Shown here: positions 1 to 8,338 of the stretch, one piece after another | How the letters are laid out: every line of letters starts with the position of its first letter | Position numbering within the stretch: position 1 is the first letter of the stretch | Origin: Gemmatimonadales bacterium | Lineage (GTDB): Bacteria; Gemmatimonadota; Gemmatimonadetes; Gemmatimonadales; GWC2-71-9 | DNA: 64,000 nucleotides | Assembly (NCBI GenBank): GCA_041615815.1 | Contig: JBFJCP010000005.1 | Span: 32,001 to 96,000, forward strand | Direction: 5' to 3' | Position numbers and translations under genes: made by a program | The notes under the pieces: model-generated | Database searches by the model: none | What the model was told of the DNA's origin: nothing | What the model saw: the letters and a program-made list of their open reading frames with translations, nothing else

Positions 1-1
1 G

Positions 2-466
2 CAGTCCGTGTTGATCGTGGCCGGTGGCGCGGTGTTCGCGTACTACCCGGCGGCGGCCGTGCGGCCGGTGACGACCGATGCCATCGCGTGGGCGGCGACG
101 TTGGGGCTGATCGGCGCGCTGGTGTTCACGGTGCTCGATACCGCGATCCTCCGACCCGTGAATCTCTATCACTGGACGTGGGATGAGATCGGTGGGGGCA
201 GTGGGTTCTGGTATATCTCGGTGTGGTGGATGGGCGCCGCCGTCCTCGCGTGGCTTGGCTCGTGGGCATACGCACGGGCCGCACGTGGACAGGGGGGCGT
301 CAACCTTCCGATGCTCGCGGGTCAGACCGTGGGTGTCGCCATCCTCCTGTTTGCGATCCTCGTGCTAACCGGTCTTGCACCGTTCCACAGCGCCATCGCT
401 GCGCTCGCCGTTTCCCTCGCGCTCATCGTCCAGGTTCCGCTCGCTGCGATGCTTGCCCGGCGGTGA
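2..466 (+). CDS. Hypothetical multi-pass membrane protein, 5' truncated by window edge
   Basis: Frame open from window start; several hydrophobic segments; WTWDEIGGGSGFWY motif; stop overlaps next GTG. Confidence 0.7.
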   Translation, partial: QSVLIVAGGAVFAYYPAAAVRPVTTDAIAWAATLGLIGALVFTVLDTAILRPVNLYHWTWDEIGGGSGFWYISVWWMGAAVLAWLGSWAYARAARGQGGVNLPMLAGQTVGVAILLFAILVLTGLAPFHSAIAALAVSLALIVQVPLAAMLARR

Positions 467-705
467 CCGAGGCCGATCGCGGGCGGCCTGTCCGCCTGAT
501 CGGATGGCTGCTCACGCCCCTGGTGGCGTGGGCAGCTTCGTTTGTGGGGGGGTGGTTTGGGGCGGTCGTCACCAGCGGCCTCCAGTCCGACGCGGCGCGG
601 CTCGCCGGTCTTCTGGGTGGGGCGGCGTTGGGAGGGGCGGCGGGCATCGCGGTCTGGGTGTTTGTCCTGCGCCGTCGAGGCGCCCGCTCGACGGACGACG
701 CGTGA
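463..705 (+). CDS. Small two-TM membrane protein (80 aa)
   Basis: GTGA overlap with upstream stop; two Gly/Ala-rich hydrophobic helices followed by RRR. Confidence 0.6.
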   Translation: MTEADRGRPVRLIGWLLTPLVAWAASFVGGWFGAVVTSGLQSDAARLAGLLGGAALGGAAGIAVWVFVLRRRGARSTDDA

Positions 706-718
706 GTGGCGCCGAGGC

Positions 719-1627
719 TCAGCGATCTCGTTCCCGCGAGGTCATGGCGTCGTACACCAGCCCGACCCACTGATCGGGCTCGAAGTATCCGCCGCCCCAG
801 GCGCCATCGAAGCGAGCAGTCGGTTTCGCCGCGACGATCTCTTCCTTGGTTTTCCCCTCCGCGATCAGGCGGCGCATGTGCTCGCGCACGGTCACGAGCA
901 TGTCCCGGTATGCCAGAAGATCGCCTCTGGTGGCAAGCGCACCGTGCCCGGGGATGATGGCCGTTTGGTCGTTCGCGATGCCGAGGACGCGGTCCACCGC
1001 GGCGACCACACCATCCAGCGTTCCGCCGCTCGATGCGTCGATGAAGGGATACATCCCGTGAAAAAACACGTCGCCCATGTGGACGACGTTGGCGCGCTCA
1101 AAGTGAATGATGGCGTCGCCGTCCGTATGGGCGGCTGCGACATGAAACACTTGAATCTCGTCGCCATTCCAATGAAACGTGACGCCGTCGGAGAAGGTGA
1201 TGACCGGTAGCGCGCCTGGCGGCGATGCCGGTGACGCTTGATTGAAGGCTACGATGAACTGGTCGACGCTCATTCGCTGGCGGACGTTCTCGTGTGCCAC
1301 AATGAGGGCGCCGGCCTCACCGAGATTTTCGTTTCCCCCAGTGTGGTCCCCATGCCAATGGGTGTTGACGACGAACCGGATGGGGTGTTCGGTGAGCGCG
1401 CGAACGGCTCCCACGATCTTCTCGGTGATCGGGGCGTATTGATCGTCCACCAAGAAGGCGCCATCGGGCCCCACGGACACCCCGATATTGCCGCCCTGAC
1501 CGGTCAACATGTGGACCCCGCGGCCGGCTGACTGAGAGCGGATCTGCACGTCTTGCGGGTTTTGCGCCGCCAAGAGTGAGACGGTGGTGAAGGAGAGGAT
1601 CAGGACATAGGAAGGCCCACGAGCCAT
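719..1627 (-). CDS. Secreted MBL-fold metallo-hydrolase (cyclase/glyoxalase II-like)
   Basis: NTHWHGDHTGGN motif, AHTDGD, HMGD, IPGHG; N-terminal signal peptide from ATG 1627. Confidence 0.88.
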   Translation of the reverse strand: MARGPSYVLILSFTTVSLLAAQNPQDVQIRSQSAGRGVHMLTGQGGNIGVSVGPDGAFLVDDQYAPITEKIVGAVRALTEHPIRFVVNTHWHGDHTGGNENLGEAGALIVAHENVRQRMSVDQFIVAFNQASPASPPGALPVITFSDGVTFHWNGDEIQVFHVAAAHTDGDAIIHFERANVVHMGDVFFHGMYPFIDASSGGTLDGVVAAVDRVLGIANDQTAIIPGHGALATRGDLLAYRDMLVTVREHMRRLIAEGKTKEEIVAAKPTARFDGAWGGGYFEPDQWVGLVYDAMTSRERDR

Positions 1628-1774
1628 GGGATCGCTCCGAAATTGAAGGTCGCGGAAGGGAAATCGGGTCGCGTGCACACTGGAACCACCTTGGGAACCG
1701 GGTGTCCTCACAGGCCCGCCGGTGTCCAGGTCAAGGTATCTTTCCTCTCACACTGAAGCTAACGGGGCATCCCC

Positions 1775-2959
1775 ATGCACGGGATCGTAGAACCCGCGGT
1801 CTTCGAACGGATGGTAACGCTCCGCCGTGAGTTTCATCGCCATCCCGAGTTGAGCTGGCAAGAACGCCGGACCGCCGAACGAGTTGCCACGGCCCTGGAG
1901 GCGCTAGGGATTCCGTGGCGGTCGGTGGCCGGTACCGGGATCGTCGCCGATCTCCCCGGACCATCCGGCGTGCCGCGGATCGCCCTGCGCGCGGACATGG
2001 ACGCGCTCCCCATTCACGAGGAAACCGAGCTGCCATTCGCCTCCGAGCACGAGGGTGTCATGCATGCGTGCGGCCACGACGGCCACACCAGCATCCTGCT
2101 CGGCGCAGCCGAACTCCTGACTCGGGATCGAGAATTGCCTGCACCTGTGCGCCTGGTGTTTCAGCCAGCGGAGGAGGTCGGGGCAGGCGCGCAGGCGCTC
2201 GTGCAGGCCGGTGTGCTCGACGACGTCGCCGCGATATTCGGAGGGCACATCGACCCTCGGTACCCGCGCGGTCACCTCGTCATCTCCGACGGGATTGTGA
2301 ACGCCTCATCCGACGCGTTTCGGATGACCGTGACCGGGCGTGGTGCGCACGGGGCGAGACCGCACGAAGGGATCGACGCTCTCGTCGCCGCGGCGAGCAT
2401 CGTGTTGCAGCTCCAAACCCTGGTGTCTCGCGAGGTCAATCCCGCGGATCCGGCCGTGCTCTCCGTGGGGCGTTTCAACGCCGGCACCGCGAGCAATGTG
2501 TTGGCTGCCCGTGCGGACCTGGGTGGAACGATTCGCGCGCACGACCCCGCGGTACGGGATCAACTCATCGAAGGGCTCCACCGCGTCGCGGAGGCGACCG
2601 CGAACGCCACGCGCACGACCGCCCTCGTCGAGATCACCGAAGGGACGCCCGCGGTGCGCAACACCCCGCGGATGGCGGCCATGGCCCGAGAGGCGGCCGG
2701 ACGGATCGGCGACGTGCCGGTGGAGCCGCTTCGGGACGCCAACCTCGGCGGTGAGGACTTTGGGTGGTATTTGGACGCGGTTCCAGGCTGTTTCATTCGG
2801 TACGGTGCCGGAGTCCCGGATACCGAGCCTGCCCCGGCCCACTCCAGTCGCTTCATGTTCGATGAAGCGGTGCTCGCGTATGGCGCTCGATGGCTGTACG
2901 AGATGGCACGCATGGTCGGTGAACACGTCCGAACCGGTGCATCGCTCGACGACCGGTAG
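1775..2959 (+). CDS. M20 family amidohydrolase (candidate N-succinyl/N-acyl-L-amino acid desuccinylase)
   Basis: HRHPEL, RADMDALP, MHACGHDGH, FQPAEE, GAHGARPH, GGEDF, AHSSRF motifs. Confidence 0.9.
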   Translation: MHGIVEPAVFERMVTLRREFHRHPELSWQERRTAERVATALEALGIPWRSVAGTGIVADLPGPSGVPRIALRADMDALPIHEETELPFASEHEGVMHACGHDGHTSILLGAAELLTRDRELPAPVRLVFQPAEEVGAGAQALVQAGVLDDVAAIFGGHIDPRYPRGHLVISDGIVNASSDAFRMTVTGRGAHGARPHEGIDALVAAASIVLQLQTLVSREVNPADPAVLSVGRFNAGTASNVLAARADLGGTIRAHDPAVRDQLIEGLHRVAEATANATRTTALVEITEGTPAVRNTPRMAAMAREAAGRIGDVPVEPLRDANLGGEDFGWYLDAVPGCFIRYGAGVPDTEPAPAHSSRFMFDEAVLAYGARWLYEMARMVGEHVRTGASLDDR

Positions 2960-2975
2960 GTGCCCAGGGCAGCGT

Positions 2976-4100
2976 TCACCGGTTCTCGAACACCTCCTGG
3001 TGCACCGTGAGGTGTTCGAGCCGGTCGCGATTCACTTCGACACCGAGGCCCGGCCGGTCGAACGGGACCGTGATCAGTCCATCGGCCATCGTCCACTCCG
3101 GCGCCACGATGTCCTCATGCCAGTATCGGCTCGACGGGCTCACGTCGCCTGGGATTGTGAAGTTTGGGAGCGATGCGAGCGCCACATTGTGAGCCCGGCC
3201 GATTCCCGACTCCAACATGCCACCACACCACACCGGGATAGCGTGTGCAGCCGCGATATCGTGAATCGCGAGGGCTGCGGTGAGCCCTCCCACCCGACCG
3301 GCCTTGATGTTGATGATCCGACCGCTCCCCAAGTGGATCATATCCGCCGCCCGGTCAGGTGACGTGATCGACTCGTCGAGGCAGAGCGGCGTGCGCAATT
3401 GGCGCTGAAGCTCCGCATGACGCAGCAGGTCATCGGTCCCCAACGGTTGCTCGATCATCATGAGGTTGTACGGATCCAAGGTCTGCAGACGCTCGGCGTC
3501 TTCCAGGCGATACCCGCCATTGGCGTCGGCCATAATCGGGGCGTCTGGTCCCGCGGCCTCCCGGGCGGCGCGGATATACGGCTCGTCGGCACCGGGTGCG
3601 ATCTTCACCTTGATGCGGCGATACCCCGCCGCCAGGGCGGTCCCGACCCGATCGGCCAGATCTGACGGCCGCTCCTGGATCCCGAGCGAAATCCCAGTCG
3701 CGATCTGCTGCCTCGCACCCCCGAGTGAGCCGGCCAGGGAGACCCCGAGTTTCATGGCGGCGAGGTCCCACGACGCCATTTCCACGCAAGCCTTGGCCAT
3801 GCGGTGTCCGCGGAACGCGTCGTCGAGTGCTCGCGCGAGCGCCTGCGGGTTCTCGAAGGTCCGACCCACTACCACCGGGGCGATCCATTCGCGAAGCGCC
3901 AGCCAGGCGGTGTCGATCGTCTCTGGCGAGTAGTTGGGCCGTTCGCCGGCCACACACTCGCCCCAGCCCACCGCTCCGTCGGCGTCGACCACCTCCACCA
4001 GCGCGATCCGCCTCGCCTGCGAGACGCCTGACGAGATGCGAAACGTCTCCTTGAGATCCATCCGAATCTCGCGAACGACGATGCGATCCAGCCGAAACAT
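2976..4100 (-). CDS. menC: NSAR/OSBS-subfamily enolase-superfamily enzyme (N-succinylamino acid racemase / o-succinylbenzoate synthase)
   Basis: KVK, DAN, IEQP, LDES, NIKAGRVGG, WCGGMLES motifs; adjacent GNAT. Confidence 0.85.
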   Translation of the reverse strand: MFRLDRIVVREIRMDLKETFRISSGVSQARRIALVEVVDADGAVGWGECVAGERPNYSPETIDTAWLALREWIAPVVVGRTFENPQALARALDDAFRGHRMAKACVEMASWDLAAMKLGVSLAGSLGGARQQIATGISLGIQERPSDLADRVGTALAAGYRRIKVKIAPGADEPYIRAAREAAGPDAPIMADANGGYRLEDAERLQTLDPYNLMMIEQPLGTDDLLRHAELQRQLRTPLCLDESITSPDRAADMIHLGSGRIINIKAGRVGGLTAALAIHDIAAAHAIPVWCGGMLESGIGRAHNVALASLPNFTIPGDVSPSSRYWHEDIVAPEWTMADGLITVPFDRPGLGVEVNRDRLEHLTVHQEVFENR

Positions 4101-4103
4101 GGG

Positions 4104-4913
4104 TCAGCTCTCTCGCGTCAGGATGTAGCGGGAGGCGGCGACGTCGTCACGCACGAATCCACGCACTTCGTACCCGCTGGCTAGGTAGTGTTGGAAGATC
4201 CGCCGGGTGAACATGCGCCAGCTGCGAGCGGCGTCGGGATCGCGCTGCTTGAGTGCTTGAATGTCCTCGGGCACTTCGAGCCATACGCTCGGTGCGGTCG
4301 GGAGCGCCTCGACGACCGAATCTGTGAGGGTGAGCGTCACGCCGGGCGGATGGACGGGGGAGGGGCGTGGGGTCTTCTCCTGTAAGTTCCATGCGACCAC
4401 GAAGCGATCACTCCCAATCACGCTATCCGTCGTGCTGTGTGGGCTCTGGCCGTACATGTCCGGGACATACTCCACTACCCGGGCGCCCAGTCGATTCAAG
4501 TTCAGGTGCGCGTTACGCGCCACGAGCGGGTCGTACGTCCAATACATGCGCTCGACACCCAGTGCCAGGAGACGGGACTGCTGGTAGTGCTTGAGGCGGC
4601 GGCCAATGCCCCGATCTCGTAGCGAAGCGGTCACCGCCAGCATGTGTGACCAGTGGGCAGGTGTACCGTCTCTGAGGCCCGTCAACCCGTACACGAAACC
4701 CACGAGCCGCCCGCTTTGGTCAAAAGCGCCGGCAGCGATACCACCCACCATTTGCGAGACCTTGAGCATGGCGGGGGGGACGAGCTCGCGAAAGTCATCT
4801 CCCCACGTTTCTCGTTGCAGCGCCACCGCGGCCTCGAAATCTGCTTCGGTTGCCAGGTCGCGAATGCGGGGATCGGAGGTCTCGCTCGAGGGCGGGTGCG
4901 CGTTGTCGGTCAT
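4104..4913 (-). CDS. GNAT acyltransferase (candidate D-amino acid N-succinyltransferase)
   Basis: WSHMLAV..RDRGIGRRLK acyl-CoA motif; WTYDPLVARNAHLNL typical of NSAR-linked GNATs. Confidence 0.82.
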   Translation of the reverse strand: MTDNAHPPSSETSDPRIRDLATEADFEAAVALQRETWGDDFRELVPPAMLKVSQMVGGIAAGAFDQSGRLVGFVYGLTGLRDGTPAHWSHMLAVTASLRDRGIGRRLKHYQQSRLLALGVERMYWTYDPLVARNAHLNLNRLGARVVEYVPDMYGQSPHSTTDSVIGSDRFVVAWNLQEKTPRPSPVHPPGVTLTLTDSVVEALPTAPSVWLEVPEDIQALKQRDPDAARSWRMFTRRIFQHYLASGYEVRGFVRDDVAASRYILTRES

Positions 4914-5039
4914 CCAAGGTTTCCCGTTGGTTGAGAAGATGTCGGAGGGGTGGTACGGGGGACAAGAGCGAGTCTGGGAACCGGATTCACCCGTAGCTTG
5001 TTTTTCTGTATTGAATCAGTCCAATGTTTTCGCTTGGGG

Positions 5040-5068
5040 TTGACACAAGGGATTGTGGCAATCACCGT
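5040..5068 (+). promoter_or_regulatory. Putative promoter TTGACA-17-CACCGT overlapped by dyad TTGACACAA-GGGA-TTGTGGCAA
   Basis: Consensus -35; 8/9 inverted repeat; upstream of SD GGAGG 5107-5111. Confidence 0.5.
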
Positions 5069-5115
5069 TACGCTCTCCAACGGTCGCCCTACGCAACTCT
5101 CTTCCTGGAGGCGTG

Positions 5116-5691
5116 ATGCGCATCGAGTCCCGCATCGCCGGTTTCCTCTCCGTGGCCGCGCTGGCACTGACAGCGTGTTCCGGCGGGGAGCAGCAGACGC
5201 AGGCGAATCCCTGTAACCCGTGCGCGGCCGCTGCGACAATCGACGCCGCGCTCATTACGCAAGGCACCAACACGCTGCATACCGAAACGCCCACGGCGCA
5301 GCTCGTGGCCCGGGGCACGGAGTTGTGGAACGACAAGTCGCTCTCCGCGAGCGGTGGCGTCGCCTGCTCCACGTGCCACGTGAACAACTACGCTCAGATG
5401 CAGGCGACGTTTGCCGAGGCCTACCCACACCAGGTGGCCATGGCCAAGCAGCGCGCCGGCCTCGATCAGGTGACGGCGGCCGAAATGGTGCAGCTCTGCG
5501 TGGTCATCCCGATGGGTAGCGAGCCGCTCGCATGGAACTCCGTGGAGCTAGCCGCGCTGACGGCCTACGTCCGGAATATCCAAGGCGGCTTCGACCCGTC
5601 GATGGCCACCGCCAATCCGTGTAATCCATGTGCCGGAAATCCATGTAACCCCTGCGGGGGGAACCCCTGCAATCCGTGTGGGGGTGGGTAG
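5116..5691 (+). CDS. Monoheme c-type cytochrome lipoprotein (TsdA/SoxA-like domain) with N- and C-terminal NPC repeats
   Basis: Lipobox LTAC; CSTCH; MVQLCVVIPMGSEPL..ELAALTAYV; 8 NPC units; SD GGAGG. Confidence 0.8.
   Translation: MRIESRIAGFLSVAALALTACSGGEQQTQANPCNPCAAAATIDAALITQGTNTLHTETPTAQLVARGTELWNDKSLSASGGVACSTCHVNNYAQMQATFAEAYPHQVAMAKQRAGLDQVTAAEMVQLCVVIPMGSEPLAWNSVELAALTAYVRNIQGGFDPSMATANPCNPCAGNPCNPCGGNPCNPCGGG
5611..5688 (+). repeat. Coding tandem repeat ANPCNPC-AG-NPCNPC-GG-NPCNPC-GGG
   Basis: AAYCCNTGY units with synonymous codon variation. Confidence 0.9.
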
Positions 5692-5797
5692 GCAACCACC
5701 TGGGCTCGTGCTGACGATACCGGGGTTGACAGGCCGAGCGAGCGTGGTCAGGGTACTGGCTCGGAAGAAGACTCGATCACCCGTCCTTGGAGGAGCG

Positions 5798-6007
5798 ATG
5801 CGTAGCGCCAAACGGACAGCCTATCTCTTTGCCGCCCTCCTGTTCGCCGTGGGCGCATGCTCAGGTGGCCAGGAGGCTGGCGCCGGTGAGGCGGCCAACC
5901 CCTGTGCGGCCAACCCGTGCGCAGCCAACCCGTGTGCGATGGCTGACTCGATGCCGACGAACCCTTGCGCGGCCAATCCGTGCAACCCCTGCGGTGGGGG
6001 GCACTAG
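5798..6007 (+). CDS. 69-aa Cys-rich lipopeptide with six NPC repeats
   Basis: SD GGAGGAG, ATG 5798, lipobox VGAC, ANPCAANPCAANPC...NPCAANPCNPCGGGH. Confidence 0.8.
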   Translation: MRSAKRTAYLFAALLFAVGACSGGQEAGAGEAANPCAANPCAANPCAMADSMPTNPCAANPCNPCGGGH

Positions 6008-6052
6008 CCGATCGGACGCTGGCGTTGTGGGGTTGATCAGCACGCCCGAGCA

Positions 6053-7288
6053 TTGAGCACGCTGCACCACGTGGCCCGGCGTCGATGCGCCGGGCTGTGT
6101 GTTTCGGTTCTGTTCCTGGTTTCGATCGTCGCGTGCGTTGACCGGGCGGCCGTCGGGCCCGGGGACCAGCGGGTTTTTGCCACGCTGGACGCCTTTGTTG
6201 GCGCCTACTGGGAACGTCCCATTCCGCTCCAGGGCACCCCACCCGACCGTTTTTCCCTCATCGAGGTTTCGTTGAGTCCCAGCGACTGTGGGCGGTGTCA
6301 CATCCCCCAGTACGAGGATTGGCAAACCACGCTCCACGCGGCTGCCTATTCGCCGGGGCTCTCGGGCCAACTCGTCGATCACGAGGCGAGGAATTATGCG
6401 TTTGTCCGGTCGTGTCTTGCGTGCCATGCACCGCTGGGCGAGCAGTCCGCCTGGGTGCCGGACGCCGGCGGGCGACTGGTGCGAAATCCGTCTTTCGATG
6501 CGGCCTTGCAGCAGAAGGGATTGGTGTGCGCCGCGTGCCACCTGCGGGGCTGGCAGAGGTACGGACCCCCGCGACGCGACGGCTCGCTGGATCCGGCACC
6601 GCCCGGAACGGCGCACGCCGGCGCCATCCGCAGCTCGTATTTCGAGGACCCTCGCTTCTGTGGCAGCTGTCACCAGTTTGCACAGCCGGCCCCGAACGGA
6701 AAATCACTCCAAAACACGCTTGTCGAGTGGCAACAGAGCCGGTACGCTCGCGAGGGCATCGTGTGCCAGACGTGCCACATGCCCGATCGGCGCCATCTTT
6801 GGCGAGGGATCCACGACTCCGCCATGGTGGATAGCGGAGTGACGATCCGCTGGATCGAGCCTACCCGGGGCGAGATCGCCCTTCGCGTGACGAATACGGC
6901 CACGGGACACCGCTTCCCCACGTATGTGACCCCCAAGGTGCAAGTCGTCGTGGAGCTCCTGGACACAGCGCGGGTGCCCCTCGCCGGTGCGGTGAGCGAA
7001 GGCGTGATCGGGCGTGCCGTGGTCTCGACGAGTAGTGGCTGGGTGGAACAATGGGATACCCGGCTACCGCCTGACAGCAGCATGGCGGTGTCGGTGCCGC
7101 GGCAGCCCGCCGCACGGTTTGCGCGCGGGCAGGTGCACGTGTTTCCCGATGGTTTTTATAACACCATGTTCGCCGGAATGCTGGCGCGTTCGCTGAGCGA
7201 TACGGCGCGGGTGTTGATCACTGAAGCCCATCGCCGAACCGTCGAGAGCTCGTACCTGTTGTTCGATTCCACGATCGCCCTGCCCTGA
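6053..7288 (+). CDS. Pentaheme c-type cytochrome lipoprotein (c554/c552-like multiheme family); start uncertain (TTG 6053 or GTG 6071)
   Basis: CGRCH, CLACH, CAACH, CGSCH, CQTCH; lipobox IVAC; TNTATGHRFPT C-terminal motif. Confidence 0.85.
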   Translation: MSTLHHVARRRCAGLCVSVLFLVSIVACVDRAAVGPGDQRVFATLDAFVGAYWERPIPLQGTPPDRFSLIEVSLSPSDCGRCHIPQYEDWQTTLHAAAYSPGLSGQLVDHEARNYAFVRSCLACHAPLGEQSAWVPDAGGRLVRNPSFDAALQQKGLVCAACHLRGWQRYGPPRRDGSLDPAPPGTAHAGAIRSSYFEDPRFCGSCHQFAQPAPNGKSLQNTLVEWQQSRYAREGIVCQTCHMPDRRHLWRGIHDSAMVDSGVTIRWIEPTRGEIALRVTNTATGHRFPTYVTPKVQVVVELLDTARVPLAGAVSEGVIGRAVVSTSSGWVEQWDTRLPPDSSMAVSVPRQPAARFARGQVHVFPDGFYNTMFAGMLARSLSDTARVLITEAHRRTVESSYLLFDSTIALP

Positions 7289-7295
7289 GACCGGG

Positions 7296-8195
7296 TCAGC
7301 TCGCGGGGACGATCATCACCCGGTTGCTGGTGAACAACGGAATCAACAGACGGTCTCGCCGCGCGTCGTATCCGATATCGGCGGGTGCCTCGACGCTGTC
7401 CACCACCGTGGTGAATTGGCCGCCGGGACCCATTCGATAGACGGCCTGTCCCTCCCAGCTGGACACCAACAGGGCGCCCTGCGACGTTCGCACCACCCCA
7501 TCCAACTGGCCCGCAGGCGGTCTTGGCAGCCCACTGGTTTGCCCGTTGGTGGGGTCGATCTGAAACACGGCCCCCGACCCGAAGGAAACGAGCACCAGGC
7601 GATCGGGTCCGGCGGCCAGCCCGTTGGGTCGGCCCAGCGGATCACCGGCCGTGATACGCGTGGGTGTGCCGTCTGGGTCGAAACGGTAGACCGCGTCTGT
7701 TCCGGACGGCGCGAATCCGTCCGGTCCAGCGCGCAGGCCGCTGTCGCTGACGTAGACCACGCCGCTCGTATCCACTGCGATATCGTTCAGGAACGACGAG
7801 CCGGGAACGTTCCAGCGACCGATTGGGGTTCCCGTGACACGGTCGAACAGCCGGACGGCGGTGATGTCGGCGACGAACAGCGTGTCGCCACTCATTCCCA
7901 TGCCCTTGGGCGCGTTGAGCGTGACTCCCGCACCGGCACCGTCGATCCATTTGAGCGTCTGGACGCTGCCATCGGGTTGGAGCCGTGAGATGAAGCCGTT
8001 GCCATCGGTGGCCAGTGGGCCGCCGTTGATATTGGAGACGAGGTAGACGTCCGCGATCGAATCGTGCAGTACCGATTCCGGTGTCTGAAAGCCGACCTCG
8101 GCCACGATGATGGGAAGCTCGCCGGACTCCTCCGCTCGGTCGGTACCGCAACCCGCGCCGACGGGGACGAGGAGCACGAAGTACAGGATGCGCAT
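7296..8195 (-). CDS. SMP-30/gluconolactonase-like beta-propeller lipoprotein
   Basis: TPESV, LNAPKGM, FLNDIAV, PNGL, LDGV, PADIG blades; lipobox GAGC; GGAG upstream. Confidence 0.82.
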   Translation of the reverse strand: MRILYFVLLVPVGAGCGTDRAEESGELPIIVAEVGFQTPESVLHDSIADVYLVSNINGGPLATDGNGFISRLQPDGSVQTLKWIDGAGAGVTLNAPKGMGMSGDTLFVADITAVRLFDRVTGTPIGRWNVPGSSFLNDIAVDTSGVVYVSDSGLRAGPDGFAPSGTDAVYRFDPDGTPTRITAGDPLGRPNGLAAGPDRLVLVSFGSGAVFQIDPTNGQTSGLPRPPAGQLDGVVRTSQGALLVSSWEGQAVYRMGPGGQFTTVVDSVEAPADIGYDARRDRLLIPLFTSNRVMIVPAS

Positions 8196-8338
8196 GAGCA
8201 TGACTCCATTTACGAGATCGGGTCTGGGGCCCCAACATACGCCCTGGCGGACGGGCCGGCCACGGGATCGAGGAGGTGTGACGAATGCCACGGTGGGCCT
8301 CGGATGCCCGGGCTAGCTTGCCGGGCATCGAAGGCACA

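Noticed and set aside
5011..5024. FNR-like box TTGAA-TCAG-TCCAA upstream of the NPC cluster
   Set aside because: Only 7/10 match to TTGAT-N4-ATCAA; too weak alone
5206..5994. NPC repeats as a CRISPR array or noncoding tandem repeat
   Set aside because: Units are 9-15 nt, in frame within SD-led ORFs and vary at third codon positions; no spacers or cas genes
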